DNA of 64,000 nt, taken from Raillietiella orientalis. Taxonomy: Eukaryota. The translations under genes and the position numbers were made by a program. The stretch spans positions 124,001-188,000 of the forward strand of contig JAYWIR010000024.1 in the NCBI GenBank assembly GCA_036172245.1, read 5' to 3'. Within the stretch, counting starts at the first letter, position 1. The number at the start of each line of letters is the position of its first letter. Shown piece after piece: positions 23,945 to 38,100 of the stretch. A model generated the notes under the pieces. The model searched no databases. It saw only the letters and a program-made list of their open reading frames with translations, and had not been told where the DNA came from.

Positions 23945-26618
23945 AGCGGCAGAGACTTGTCTTTTTTCCCTTCCCCCTTGCGCGTGGCCTCCGGGCTTGG
24001 CGACATGGGGAGTTCCGTTCCTTTTCCACCGCCCCAGGAGGGCTCTCAGCCCCGAGCACGCCTTCAGCGACTAAGGGAAGCACGCGGACTGCGGAGATGC
24101 AGTGGTCTCCAGATGCGACGGGCCTCGACGGCTGCGCTGCGGATTCCCGCACTTTCCTTCGCCCGCCTCCGGTCTTCCGGAGCCGCTGCGAAGTTCGCGA
24201 AGAGGGACAAACTCGGGGTTCTCCAGGGTCAACGGGCCCCGCCGGTTGGATGCACGATGGCTCGCTCATCCTTCGCCCTGGAGCACCAAGTCAGGCTGAA
24301 GCTTCCTCAAGCGAACCCTAGGTTCGACGACTCGGAACCGCGGAAGGCTCCGGTGGAGTAAGCTCAGAACCTGGACCCTGAGGTAAGAATGCTCGATCGA
24401 AAGCAGGGAAGAGCAATGGGAGCGGCAGAGGAGAGGACGCTAGTGGAGGTGGTACTGGCGACGGCGGTGATGGTGGAGATCATAGGGATGAAGACAGAGA
24501 TGATGACGACCACTACCACGAGGAGGAGGATGAAAAAAGAGCAAGGAGGACAAGGTAACCTCTCCTGGATCGGCGACGGGCATTCCGCCCACCCACGAGT
24601 GCGGCTGGAGTGGGAACCCTGCGGGAGGCTGCAAAGGGTCCAGGAAGCTGATGCCTTGCGGACCCACTGCCAGAGCAGAAGGGATCCGTTTGGAGCAGGC
24701 AGAAGAGATTTCTCTTCCCGTGTGGCAGCCGCAGGACAGCGGTGCAAGAGAAATCAAGTCCCGTCGAAGCAGCGGGATTCCAGGAACGCATCGCGCGAAA
24801 AGGGTGGTGCTGCAGCGCTCCCGGTGACTGAGGCACTAACGAGGAGGAGACAACTCGTTCGGCGTTCTGGTGAGAGGCCAGCTGGCTACGACACCTGAGG
24901 TCCGTTTAGCGTTCTGGAGGACGCCGCACTGTGCAGGACGTTACGCAGGAAAAGACGCCAACGCAGGGCGCGGAGCAAATTTGAAAATTTCGATGTCGGC
25001 GGGGAGGTGGAAGGCAGGCCGTGGGTCAGTTGTGTGGGAGGCTGTGGAGAGATTCTCTTTCAGGTCATGCCGATGGTTTGGCCCTGCTAGAGTACCCCGA
25101 GTCAGGTCCAGACTCCCAGCATGCCAGAGGAGCAAAACCGGACTCCCGGCATGCCATCTCCCCACTTTGTCTCCTCCACAGCCCCGAGGGGGTCACCACG
25201 GGTTCATGGAGTCGGGATTGTGGCCCCAGGGATTCCCAATGCCTGCAGCTATCTAGGAAGACCTTCTGAGGGCAAGCCTGTGCCAATCCGAGACAACCGA
25301 GCAGTTAGCATACTGGGCTGCAGTCTTCCCCCTTAGCAACGGGGATGTACCTTTTCCCCAGCTCTTTCCATCACCAGGAGCCTGATGGTGGCGCACGTGA
25401 CCGAAGGGTGGACCGGGCCTCACACCAAACCTGTCTTCGCCAAATCATCAAGGCGTTTATTGAATGTTCCAAGACCCCGCTCGAAGGGACGTCTTTCAAT
25501 CTACCGAGACGTCGCCAGGGGCACCGGTCTGAAGCCGCCAACACCTGCCGATCGTCGCGAAGACCTCTGTAGATATCCTCGGATGACAGCAATTCGTTTG
25601 CCGAGTCCGGTCAAGAAGAATGGCAAAAGATGATTAAAGAATAGGCTGGGAAGACGTGATGTACTCCTGCCGCAAGAAATGGCCCCGAGTTTGCTTTCGA
25701 GTGGGCTGAATTTCCAGCAGAGCTCACGTTTGTTACTCGCATGGGTAATCTCTAACAACGCGGTAGTCATGCGGACAGGGAAAAAGACACCTTCCTTCAT
25801 CGGAAAGAGCGCATAATAAGGAAAGATCAAAACGCGTGCACGCGGACGTATACACACGCATACATCCCACGCAGGCAAACACTCCCAGATAAATACAAAT
25901 GTGTGTGCATTTGCGGAAGGCACCTTGCCGCTTGCAGGGTGGCCACAAGCAACCATTTTGGTGCCTGGGCGGATCCAGGGCGGCAGACGCAGAACGTCAC
26001 ATTCCAGTCGTGGGTGTTGAGATCCTCAATGTCTTCCGAACCCTTCTAAATTTTGCGCAGCAACCGCTCAAAGAGGGAAACGCGTTGTCCAGCCGATCGG
26101 GGAACCTTCTCGAAGTGAAGTTTCTAAAAATAATCGCGATGGCGGGAAGCCGGGAGCCCTCGCGATTGGTTGATGCGAATGACGTACGCGACTCGCTCAG
26201 GCCTGCGAGCTGACGCGTGTTATCGATCCGTGTTGCTGTCTAATTGCGGAGTGTTCCGAGCCCCGGTGCGGGGACCACACGCCGTCTGTTGCTACACGGG
26301 TGCGCGCCACAAACCACGCAGTTCCGTTCTTGCTGACTGTATCATGGTACTGACGAAATGGTTGCTATTCGTCGTTATCGCCATGCCGATGTGTTGAAAC
26401 GCTGTGCGAATAATTTGGGGCACCTTGGAACCGACTGCGCCGGTCCGGATGTCGAAAAGAACGCTCGTGAGTGGGGGGGGGATCCCGCCTGGTCATCCCA
26501 CAGTTGCAGGAAGGAGTTTCTCCTCCCCCGGTCGCCAGCAGAGCTCCGGACTCGTTCTTGCCCAGCGCCATCTCCCGGAGTTCAGCGGAAAGATCGCGGC
26601 TTTTATTGTCCGGCGCTG

Positions 26619-26649
<31 letters not shown>

Positions 26650-29114
26650 GTGTTCCACCGGTCCAAGGTCACCCGACTCTGCCTTCGCACCTCCGAGGGA
26701 CTCCCGGCCGCCGCCGCGAGTGCGCTCTCGTCGCGTGCTGCACGAGACGATCGCCGGCGCCGAGAAGCGGATCCCCGGAGCACACGACAGGGTCGCCAGC
26801 CGACCGGCGAAAAGGGGCGCCGGCGTTCTCTTTCGGTCCGTTCGTTGCCAAGGAGCACCCATCCGACACTCTGCCAGGGCTGGCCCCCGCAGCGCCGATA
26901 AACGGATGGGAAGAAAGGGGAGCGGGAGGATCCCCGACCGGAAGGAGAGAGCAAGGAAGCAAGGAAACGACAGGCACGCGCGCCCTCGGCAAGTTGGCGC
27001 CTCGTCAGTCGAGGAGGAGACGACGCCTGCTCGGGTCTTCGCCTTGCGGAGTGAACGCTCGCCTCGTCCGGAGCTGCTCGTCGGGGGACCTTGGCAAGAA
27101 CCACCCTCCGAGGACGTCCGTGGTGGTTTCTCCGATCCATGCGGGGTTTCTTTCGAGGGTTCGTCCCTCCTCGCCTCTCGCCCGGCGGTGGTTGGTCTTT
27201 CTGCGGACTTCTCGTCGCGTGCCTGGAAGACATGCGGGTTTTTGACGCGCGGGGGTCCGCCGGCCGTACCGCAGACGACGACACGCAGCTCCTCGGCAGG
27301 CGAAAGCGAGAAGTCCATGGGAGCCCGGCGGTTTTGTTTCTGTTGTCTGCTTCCTCCCCCTTCTCCTCAGTGCCGTCGCCATGGTGCTATTGGCCTTGGT
27401 GGTAACGATGGTGGCGCTCTGTTGACGACGCTGACGCGGGGGGGGTGACTGAGGGAGCGGAAATTCCGTCGGGCGACGCAGCCCTTGTTATCGGAGGGTG
27501 GGGAAACGGGCAGGGGCTGCTGCTGTTTCCCACGAGGGCACTGCGCTGGCGGCAGCGTGCGACCGCGGCTCCCTGGCGGACGGGCGCCGCAATAAAAGCC
27601 AAGCCGGAAGGACCGTCCGCTCGCGCGGTGGCTTTTACGGGCTGAAGAACAGCGGCGTTCCTCCGGAACGTCTCCAGCCAGAGGTCTCCTCGCCCTCGGA
27701 CGGCCCGGGGTGGCGCTCAAGGTACGAACCCCCTCTCCCCCCACTCCCCACTCTTGCTGCGCGCCGCCGCTGGCGGCTGGCCGCTTCTCCCCGCGTATTG
27801 CCCGGAGCGCGTGAGGGGTCGCAGGCGGAAAGCACGTGTCGCCAGGGGGCGCAGGAAAGGAGACGACGGTTTTCTTTCCTGGCGAAGGGCGACGGTCTTC
27901 CGTCACCGTTCCGCCTCCCGGAGAGCCCCGCGGGACTCCCCTGGCTCTAGGCGCGTGAGCGGCTCCTCCGCAGGAGTCGAGGCTGCTTATCTCGCCGAAA
28001 TGTCTATGGCTACCGCCGCGTCCCCTCGCTCCTCCTACCCCGCGGGAAGAGCAAGGGCGGAAGGGTCCTCTCCCGACAACTGCTGGAGAGCTCCTCGGGC
28101 TGCGCGGATGCTGGGAGGGGCACCCGTGGCGACCATAGGGAGATGGCTGCCTGCGAGAGGTTTCCAGCTTGCCAGTTCCCCCCACCGCACGCGAGCGGCG
28201 TGCCCATCGTCGGGGTGGGCAGATCTCCTCGGCAGCCACCCATCTAACCTCCTCTCCAACCTCTCTCTGTCACGGAGGGTTGGTCGCCGGGGCAACGCAC
28301 AGCGAGTCGCGACGATTCCATGCAGTCACGGATTCCCAAGCCTCGCCTTCGCCACCACGACTACCGCTCCCATCACAATCATCGTGAGCGCTATCGTCGC
28401 CACCACGACTGTCGCCTCCGCCGCTCCTTTCGCCATGGCTACCGCCATCACCATGAGCGCTGTTGTGCTCAGCGCCATCACCCCCTTTTTCTTCCTACGC
28501 GTGGTTCCCGGTTCGCTTCTCGTCCGACCGGCAGGCCTGGAGAGGTTGCGGTGGGCAACCGTAAGGAAGAAAGGAGCGAGGAAAACTCCGGTTTCCAAAT
28601 TCCCTGCCCTTTCTCCCTCCGCGTTTCCCGTGGCAACGAGCCGCGCGTTTACGGCCCAAGGCAGGACGGTTGTCTCTCTTTGTTGCTGTTTCCCGTCTTC
28701 GGGGCAAGAGAACCAGTCAGGTGCCGCCACCATTATGGTAGGACGCGCGCAGGGAGCGCCGCTACTGCTACCCGGCGCCGTCCGCGGGCGGTTCACGAAC
28801 CCGCGCGTCACCTCCCCCCCCCCGTGCCTCCGTTTCCGGGAAATCATCCCCGCAGGGAGAAGGGGGGAGGGGGTTGGACCTGGAGTTGCTCTCCGGTTCG
28901 GTTCCCCGGCTGCGGGGGAGGAAAGGCGGCCGGACGCTTCCGGGAAGGAGAAGCGGAAGCCCTGCCTTCCGGAAACCCCCAAGGGCTTGGCGCCCGAGCG
29001 CGCCTCCGCGGTCCGATTCTCTCCTCTCCCTCCGTCCTTCCCGAAAAGACCGGTTCTGTGTTTCCAGGTAACCGAAGAGGAAGACTTAAAGAGAGGAAGA
29101 AGCCTCCCCCGAGC

Positions 29115-32100
29115 ATGCGGCATCACCACCTCATCTGCTGGCTGCTGTGCCTCCTAGCTACCCACACGGAGAGGACGCAGGGCCTGCGGCCGATCGTGCT
29201 AAGTAATGCAGGCGGTGCAAACGCCCACCTGCGTCTTCTTCTCGTGTTGCTTGCCCTCATCCCCCCCCTCTCCTCTCTTTATCTATCTTTTTTATTTTTC
29301 AATTCCCTCCCCCCCTTCCCGGCGTTTCCCCAGAGCGTGCGCTCAGGAGTTGGTGGGTTCCTTGACTCCATCAAGCTGCCTCCGCGCGCCCTCTCGCCGT
29401 CCACCGCCAGAGCGCCGAGTCGGCGCCACCACGAGGGTGGGGGCGGGTCGGCCTCTCGTCGCTCCGGCATTCTCTCCAATCCACACCCCCGCCTGCGCCG
29501 CCCGCGCACGGCTACGCGTGCGCGCTTCGCCCCGTGGCCTCCGCGTCCAACCTTTCCGCAGCGATTCCTCCCGGGATGAACCTGGAGGGAAACCTTGACT
29601 GCTGGAACGGAAAGGTGGAAGCGACCTCGGCTCAGGAAGCCGACATCCCCGACCTGAGGTACCACGCCGCGATCGCCCGCTTCCCCGCGCTGGCGCGAGG
29701 CACAGGCGCTCTCGTCTCGGTCCGCGAGGAAGGACGAACCGAGGCGCAACGCTCTCGAGCGACTGTGGACCAAGTTGAACACCACTGTCGCCCCCAACTC
29801 CGTGTCACCATGAGTACCGCCACCACCATTGCCACTGCTGTCACCATGGCCACCGCCACCCTTCCCACTGTATCAACATCGCCAAGAGCACAATCACCTC
29901 TACTACCATACCAAAGAGCACACTATAGCCTCCACCGTCGTCGCCACGAACACCGCCATCACCATGACTATCTCCACCATGACAGGATGGAGGGCTGGGG
30001 CGTGAAAATCGGAGACGTGGCCATGCAGCGTTCGGACCGGGGTTCGTCCGGATGTCGCGAAGGAGAGATGAGGAGGGGACGGGGCGGGAACAGACGCAGG
30101 CGAGAGGAATTCGGCAAGTGGGCGACGAAGGGGGGACAGCGAGTCCCGGGGACGCCCGTTCGGGAAGGACGCTCGGAAGGCACGACGCTGGCAGTCACGG
30201 GCGGCGCGGTCCCGGAGCAGGGGAGCGCCGACGTCTCGTGCAACCGGAGAGTCGGTGAGGGCAAGATGGGGGCTCATGCCGCCCAAGGGAACCGGGTAGC
30301 AACCTCCGCCTTCCTAGAGGCGGACTGGCCATGTGGTCTGAAAGAGAGGCCAGCGCCTCGGAAGTCGCCCGTCCACCCGCTCCCTGACTGACGGCTGGAC
30401 GCCCCCCTTCCGCTGGAGCGACCCTGAGAAGAGCCAACCGATCCGCTCGAGGAGGTCGAGCAGAGACGACGATCCGCCCTTCTCTCGCCGGAGGCCTCCG
30501 GCAGCCGAGCGGCGTTCCATGGCGAACGCCTTTCGCCTGCAGCAACACCCCTCGCTGCGCCTCCTCCTTCCGGGAATGCCAAGAGCAGCCCCCGTCACGC
30601 CGACGTGACCAAACCTTAGCTCACCTGACCCGACCTCACACCAGGGAAAAACGCACCCGCCCAAACGGACGAGCCACATTTGTCACCGAAGTCAACCTGA
30701 CCCCAGACAAACTCACCCTGCTCCCGCCATCCTCCCCTTACGCTACCCCATCGCCCTGCTGCCCTCCCATCACCCTGATCCCCGCCACGCTTCCTCGCGT
30801 TGCCCTGCCCAGGCTGCCCGGTCTCTCGTTTTGTTGCCGGCTGGCGCGCGGACGTTTTCCCAGCGCTTCCTTTCGCCTTGACCTTTGACATCCCCATCTC
30901 TTCCCTCTCCCGTCTCCGTTTTCCGCCGGTCCCCGTTCAGTCCTCCCGCCCACAGGGGAGGAAGCGCTCCCCGCGGGCTCGCGATCCAGGTGGCGCCTGA
31001 CAAGGGAGAGGGGGTCGTCTTCCTCCTTCCTGGCACCCCTTCTCAAACTCTCGATGCACAACCGCGTCCGCAGCCCCGACGTGGTCCGCCTCGGGGCCGA
31101 CCCGCTTCTGGTGCAGCAGCGGCGGGCAAGTCGTCCGGCCGACTGCCGTGCCCCCCCGCTGGCCAGAGGCACCCCGCCGCAACCGCCCCACGGGAGTGGA
31201 GATCCCGCGCGTGAAGAGTGGGGGGAAGAGGAAGAGCACTGGTAGAGCAGCAACTTCCGGGCTGGACCTCAAGAGAGGGTGGAGAGGGACGTGGCACTTC
31301 ACGCTGCCGGTGTGGCATGGCGTGGTTGGTATAGTATGGTGTGCTAACGTATGGCACAATGTGGTAGGTACGGTGGGGAATGGCGAGGTAAGGTGTGGTT
31401 GATACGACATGGTATGGTATGGCATGGTGCGAAGAGGCAAGATACGGTACGGCAGCGTATGGTGTGGTGTGTCATAGTGGGGTGTAGTATGATTTGGTAT
31501 AATGTAGTAGGGATGGTATGGTGTGGCGCGATGTGGCAACGTATGGTACAGCAGGGCATGCTGTGGCATGGTACGGTATGAGGCGTAGCATTGGTATGGT
31601 ATGATGTTTGGCATGGTATGGTATGATTCTGTGTTGAATGGTATGGTACGGTGTGACATGGTATGGCATGAGATGGCGTGGCATCGTGTGGTGCCACTGT
31701 GTGGCGCCTTGCTGGCATGGCATGGAATGACGTGGTGCGGTAAGATATGGCATAATGTAGTAGCTGTGGCATGGCACGGCGTGATGTGTCAAAGCACGGT
31801 ACGTCGGGGCAAGGTGGTCGCGGAAGGATTGCCAGTTGCGAGGAGGCTGATGGAAGGTAAGGTAGCGAAAGGCGGCCGAGTCCACGCGGTCTGCGATCGA
31901 CAGTGCAGTGGGTGATTCGTGAGCAGCGCCGGTGATTCAAAGCGTGGGGGTCGAAGTGGAGGGTCGCGAGGCACTACCGGTAACCCTGCTGAAGGAGGCG
32001 TTGAGGGTTCCGCCGGGCCTGTTTGCCGGCTGCAGGAGTCGACCGAGAGGGAAGGGTCCAATAACTTGATGCTCCTCGCGTTCTGTAGGATCAGCGACGT

Positions 32101-35100
32101 ACAGCGGGTTGGACGCTTCCAGAGCCGGCCAGATCACGTGGAGTGTGGCGTGGCCCATGGGTCGGACCCCCCACCATGCTCTGCGGCGTTTCTCTTTCTC
32201 GAAAGGGCGGCCAGAACTGGCGTTGTGGCACACCATGTAGGGTGAGAACTCCTCCCGTTCGAGGTTGGCTCGGAGGGGACTGCTGCTCTACTCCGACCTA
32301 TCGCCAGTGGGTCCTAGGTGCACAGGCATCAACCACCTTGTTGCAACAAGCGACGGGAGGCGGTCGCTCGCGTCTTTCACTCGGCTGGAGGGAAGCCAGC
32401 GGTCGGCCATGCTCCTGCTGCTACAGCGGGCCGAGTTTCCATGGATTCGCGCGCCTTGAAAGGGATCTCCTGCTTGGAAGAGCTTCAAGGGCTCTCACGC
32501 GAGCATCAGGGGCAATGGCGAAAGTCGTGCGATTGCAGTCCCACGGGAGCAAGCGAAGAATGTATTGCGATTGCAACATGGTTGACGTTGAGGAACTGCC
32601 TGCAGTGAAAGGGAGGTCATCTGCTGACAGTGAGGAAGGCGGACGCGACGATTAGTGACGTCACTGTCATACAATGCCACGCTTTCTCATATGGTGTCAT
32701 GCCACACCATGTCGCATGCTAGCACATCATACCATGTCACACCACACAACACAACACCATGCCACACCATTTCTTATATCGTACTATGCCACACTGCGCC
32801 ACACCACACGACATCGTGCCACACCATGTCACATCACACCATATCATACGATGTCACACCACACTATGCCATGCCATGCCATCTCGTACCGTGCCATGCC
32901 ACAGCACATCGTAAGAACGACTCATTGGAATGCATGCACAGAAGAACACTGGAACAGGGATGGATTTCTCGCTGCTGCTGTTCGAAAGACTCCGCGAGCA
33001 CGCTGACCACTGGCAGACGGAACGTCGCCCTTGCTCGAGCACGGAGCTGCGCGGTGAAGACTTTCCTTTGCCGACGTGAATAGCCGTGCGGTAGCAGAGG
33101 CGGACTTGTCAAAGAACGGGCAGGCAGCCGACTTGAAGAACCTTTTGGGGATGGCGGGAAAGAAGGAACCGGATGCTCAGTCGTTGGTGGTGGGCACCGA
33201 GCCCGCCTTCCTCTCACGGCGCGGGCCGAGCGCTCGCGCCCGCAGCGGCATTTTTTTTTCGGATGCAGAATCGAAGGGTCCCCGAAGAACCCGCCAGCCC
33301 GGAAAAACTCGCGGCGCGAACAGCTCAGGAGAAGCGCTCTTGGGACTGGAAAAGATGACCGGAAGCATCCCTCTTCCACGTCCTGCACGTCTCAACTTTC
33401 ATTATGCCTCATAGAAGGGTCTTTGGCTTGGTGCTGTTCTGAGCAAAATCTTCTCGAACGGTCCGGGCTACGCTGCTCGACTGTGGCGGTTCAAAAAGGA
33501 AGCTGTGGGGTGGCTTGGCTGACGTCATCGGGTTTGCGGGTTGTTTTGACGATTCTTCTCTTCCTGCCCTCAGTCCCTGGAGTTGGAGGCAATCAGCTAC
33601 AAGTGCAGCTGAGCCACAAAGCGTCCCAACACTGCTACTGCCAGAAGAACACCAAAGGCTACGAGGATTTATGGCTCAGTTTCGAAAATCTGCTTCCGGG
33701 CACCAGCGTCAACTGCTTCGTGAGTAGAACGACGATGCTTGCCTGCCGAGAAACTGCCGTCTGCGATCCTCTGCACCAGCCGAAGGCAGCTTTTGCGTTG
33801 CCAGGAGACCGCGGGCTGGAGCGTTTCGCGAACGCCGGCAATGCGGACGCTTGCGAAGCATCAGATGACCGCTCTCCGTCTCCCCTTACGTCATTTTCAT
33901 TAACCAATAACGATGCAGGCTTTCGAGTTCACGCGGTTGCAGTTATTTTTGGAGACTCTTCTCGAATGTTCCCGAAGGCGGTGGTATTGAACGCTTCTCG
34001 CTCAAACAGGTTCCTATGCAACACGAGGAAGTGTTACCAGACAAAAATGCGAAAATTCCTCCACCGCATTATTGGAACGCGATGTTTCGCGGTCTGCCAC
34101 ATGTGGATCCTTCCACTGTGGTCGGGGATTGCCTGCTGCCATCTCATAAAGGACGAGATCCCTCGAGGCTATTCATTGTCCAGATATTCACCTACGAAGT
34201 ATTACAGTACAGATATAAATTACTTTCTGCGAAATTGAAATGAGCGAAATCTGTGATCATCGACATAAATTGGTCGTCTGCAGCGTCTGTATCTGTACAT
34301 ACTTATGTTTCTTGTATCGGAATGAATATATGTACGTTTGCATGCGTGTATGTATGTGTTTTTTCGTATTAATTGATGCTTACGGTACAGAATGGTACTT
34401 ATGACTGCCTGTAGCGAACGCTGTGCACCGTTTTAACGATGATAAAAGACTTTTCTTCGTACGTCGCACATGTACAACAAACGCGTGCTGTACTAAGAAT
34501 CGGTTTCCGAATGCAGAATCTTGTGCAGGAAGGAAATGATCCCCTAACCTGCGCGGGGCCAATTCAGGCTGGCGTGGGTACCAAAACGGACGCGGACTGG
34601 CCGCAGTCGGTCGGGCATGTGGCCGTCGCGCCGTCTGACTGAGGCATCAGAACCGATCGCTCGGGTCGAAGCAACGGCTCGAAGACACAGAAGTGCCGTT
34701 GAGAAGGGTGGCGTGTCGCCTCCCTCGCGCCGGCGCAAGGCGAGCGTCGGGGGGAAAAGCTGGATCCGTCGGCACCGCTTCGCCGAACCGTTAGCCACCT
34801 GCCACGTGACGCAACCGGGCCGGACGCCGGAAGATTTCCTCCGGTCCGCCCGCGGGTGCACCCTAGGACCGAGGTTCCCACGCTGTGGATGGCGCCGGGA
34901 CGAGAGGAGTAGACGACGAGACTCTTCCCCCTTTCTTACAGATCGCCTGCGGAAGACCAAGACGCGCGCGCCCGAACGGGGCGTGGCGTTCCGGACTGTG
35001 CGCGTCAGCCTCGCGGCGCGCGCCGACTCCCCCGTGGAGCCCGGGAATCCAACGGTCGAGCAGGAAGCGCCTTCGAAATATAAACAAAGGGAAGCGACGA

Positions 35101-38100
35101 ACGCGGCGGCGGCGGCGGGCACGAGTTCCCGGGACCGTCGGAGCGGCGGTAGCGGTGGAAACGAGCGTTGGGTATCTGGGACGACCCTCGGACGATTGGG
35201 TTTCACCCTCGCTCGCTCTCAGGAGAGCGGAACATCCGCACCCGAGAGGCCTCTCGTCGACGTCTCCCGCCGGCAGCCCTCCGCCGGCGCGGAGCACCGC
35301 CGCCGCGATCCCTGACGCGTCCTGACGGCGGGCGAGACACGGAAGGAGCGCATCTCGCTTCACCCACCCCGCCTCATGCGCGAACGAGCGCCTGGCAAAC
35401 ACGCCAGCCGAAGGGGGAGGAGGAGGAGGAGTCGAGACGTCCTCCCCCTCACTCCGCCCCTCCGTTTCTTAGCCAGAGCCGCCGAGTTCCGATCGTGCGG
35501 CGGCGACGTCTGAAGGCGGATTTTCTTCTCACATCAGCACCGTAAAATACGGGGATGAGATGAAACCGGATCGCTTCTTGAGAGAGGACCCTCTAACGGA
35601 ACAGCTCCGCTTCCTCGCACGCACCTTGCGCCGTACGGGTCACTCGAGCGCGCCTCCTTACGACCCTCCCTCCCTTATTCTTCTTCCTCCTCCTCCTTCC
35701 TTTCCCTTCCTCCTCCCTCCCTTCCCTTCTTCATGCTCCTCCTCCCATCCTCCCTTATTCTTCCTCCCCTCTTTCCTTCTCCCCCCCCCCCCCCCCCCAT
35801 CATCGTGGTCATCGTCGTCACCGTCATCCCTTTTTCCCCCTCCTCGTCGTTGTCTTTCCCTCGCTCTCCTCCGGCTGTCGGTCCGGAGATTCCCTCAGCC
35901 TGGCCTTCCCTCCCGCCGGGTGAGTTCACGTCGAAGGCGAGCGACCAAGCGGAGGGCCGGCGGCGCCCCGCAGGTCTCGCCGACTGCCAACAGCCCGTCC
36001 GAATGTCAGCTTCCCCCGCTGGCCGCGCGTGCCGGCTCTGCCTTCGTCGCGCCCACGACAGCCGGCGCGCTCCTCGGGGAGGTCCGTGGGGATCCCCGAA
36101 GCGCAGGGGTCGGCCCTGGAGCCTTCCGGGACGGGGGCGTTCCCGGACCCGTGGTGGACCGAGTTGACGACCTCGCCGGTCGCTCGCGGAAAGGCCGGAG
36201 AGGCTCCCCTCTGCCTCTTCCGCCTCTGGCTGAGCCGCCTGCCCATCTCTCCAGCCTCTGCCCGGGTTTCCCCCTTTCCGGGGACCCTCGGGGAATTACC
36301 GGGACGCCCCCACGTCGCCGACGCGCCCCAGCGGCGCTCCGCACCCCTCCGCTCGCCACTCCACCTTCCAGCTGCCTTCCGCGCCCAGGGCCGTCGCTGG
36401 GGAGCGTTAGGGGAGCCCCTTTGACCCTTCCACGCACACACGCACGCAGACGCGATCGTCGCTTCGTCCCTTCTCTGCTTGTCTCTCCGAAAGGAGCACG
36501 GGGGCGTAGAGCTCAGGATGAGCTGAAAGGGATCAGCTGCAGGCAGGCCGGAGGACCTCGCTTGGGTGCTGAAGGCGCGCGGGAAAGGAAAGAAGGGGTG
36601 CGAATAGGAAAAAAAAGAAGAAAAAAACAAGCGCTCTCCCTCTCGCACTCGGGAAGCCACCCGGGAATCGGTCAGCCAGGTTACCCTAGCGCCGAGACCC
36701 CGATAACCAGAGTCCAGCAGACGGCAGTCCATCTGGAAATTCCAACGCGGATCAGCTCAGCAAGGCGATGATAGCAAGAGGAGGAAGGGAGGGGGGATGA
36801 GAAGGAAGAATGCAAGAAAGGAAGGAGGGAGGTGTATGCACTATGATAATTTCATATACATTATGTATATAAGACTATCACAGTGCTGATACCAGTTTCA
36901 CGATGCTCAGCACGATGGCGTCCTCGATGCAGGACCCCAGAAAGCGTGGATCGATTTTCTCTTCGGGGATGGGGGGAAAGGGAAGACGCAGAGGGAGAGA
37001 GAATGAAAAAAAGAGGCTAATAACGACACCTTCAACTGGAGGAGCGTCGCGAAAGTGACGCCAGCGCGAACGGTCCAAGTGCTCGTGATCCCAGAAGCAA
37101 GGAGTAGCAACTAGCAAGAAGGAACATATCTGCACCCCAGAAAGGTAAACGGCCAAAAACGGTACACTTGCGCGACTTTGCATGCCACTCTCGGAAGCAG
37201 ATGCGAGATGAGGCGAGTTCTCTTGCTCTCTGGAGGGAGCAACGGTCAGACGGACTGCGAAAGACTCTCTCGGTCCGGGCACAGAACTTGCGAACCGGAG
37301 CTGAACGCGCGCTGCCCGTTCAAGAGGAGTGCATTTCGAGCGTCACGTTCGGAAACAACCGCACAGTACTTCCGATGAAGCCCGCCGCTTGATCTCCGAG
37401 TACAGGATGATCGATGCGGCTGCTGGCTGTCGTCTGTCGCTCCAGAACGTCGACATTCTGTTGCTTTCGCTTCAGGGAAAGCTGGCTGGGCATGCAGGGG
37501 GAGCAGAACGCACACGAGCTCGAAGTCGCTAGACCGCTGCTTTCCGTTCCCTGTGAATGCACCGATTATTCATAGGGATCTCCGTAGATCTGTGTGTCCT
37601 ACCGCTTTGTGGGGAAACCGCAATCAAAAGTTCGCACCCGGTTTCCCTAGGAACGGAAAACCCAAAACAGCTGAATAAGGGGAAGAGGGAGAGGGTGGGA
37701 AAAGTCGAACAATCCAACCAACAGCCGAACAAAGACGCCGCGAAGTTAACAATTGCGAGACAGCGCTTAACAATGCGAGAAGAAGCCTAACAAGACGAGA
37801 CGCTATCCAACAATGCTAGCAATGGGTCGAACAATGACGTCTCGAAACTTCGAGCTTTCACACTCTTCTAGGCTTATTTCCGCTCGCGAAAGCAGGTTTT
37901 TTCTCGTCTAGAACTAAAGGGCTGCAGATGTGTCTTCGGCGCGCCGTTGATTCGACTGTCTGCGCCTTTCCCATTTTTATTCTCTACTCGAACTAGTGAG
38001 AGAAAAAAAAAAAAGGAAAAAAAAAAAAACCTCGTGCTGAAAATCTCGTGCTTTTCCTGCGAAGCATTTCGCCCGGAGGCGCTTCCTGTTTTGAGCGGAG

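Noticed and set aside
24990..25400. CpG-poor block resembling an old retroelement fragment
   Set aside because: No diagnostic motif, TSD or second copy in the window.
26358..30391. Long overlapping ORFs (260-467 aa) on both strands, also 35560-36771
   Set aside because: Arg/Pro/Gly/Ser-rich products of GC-rich, stop-poor sequence with no domains. Only 29115-29202 is a supported exon.
30937..31940. His/Thr/Pro-rich repetitive ORFs
   Set aside because: Translations of the pentamer array.
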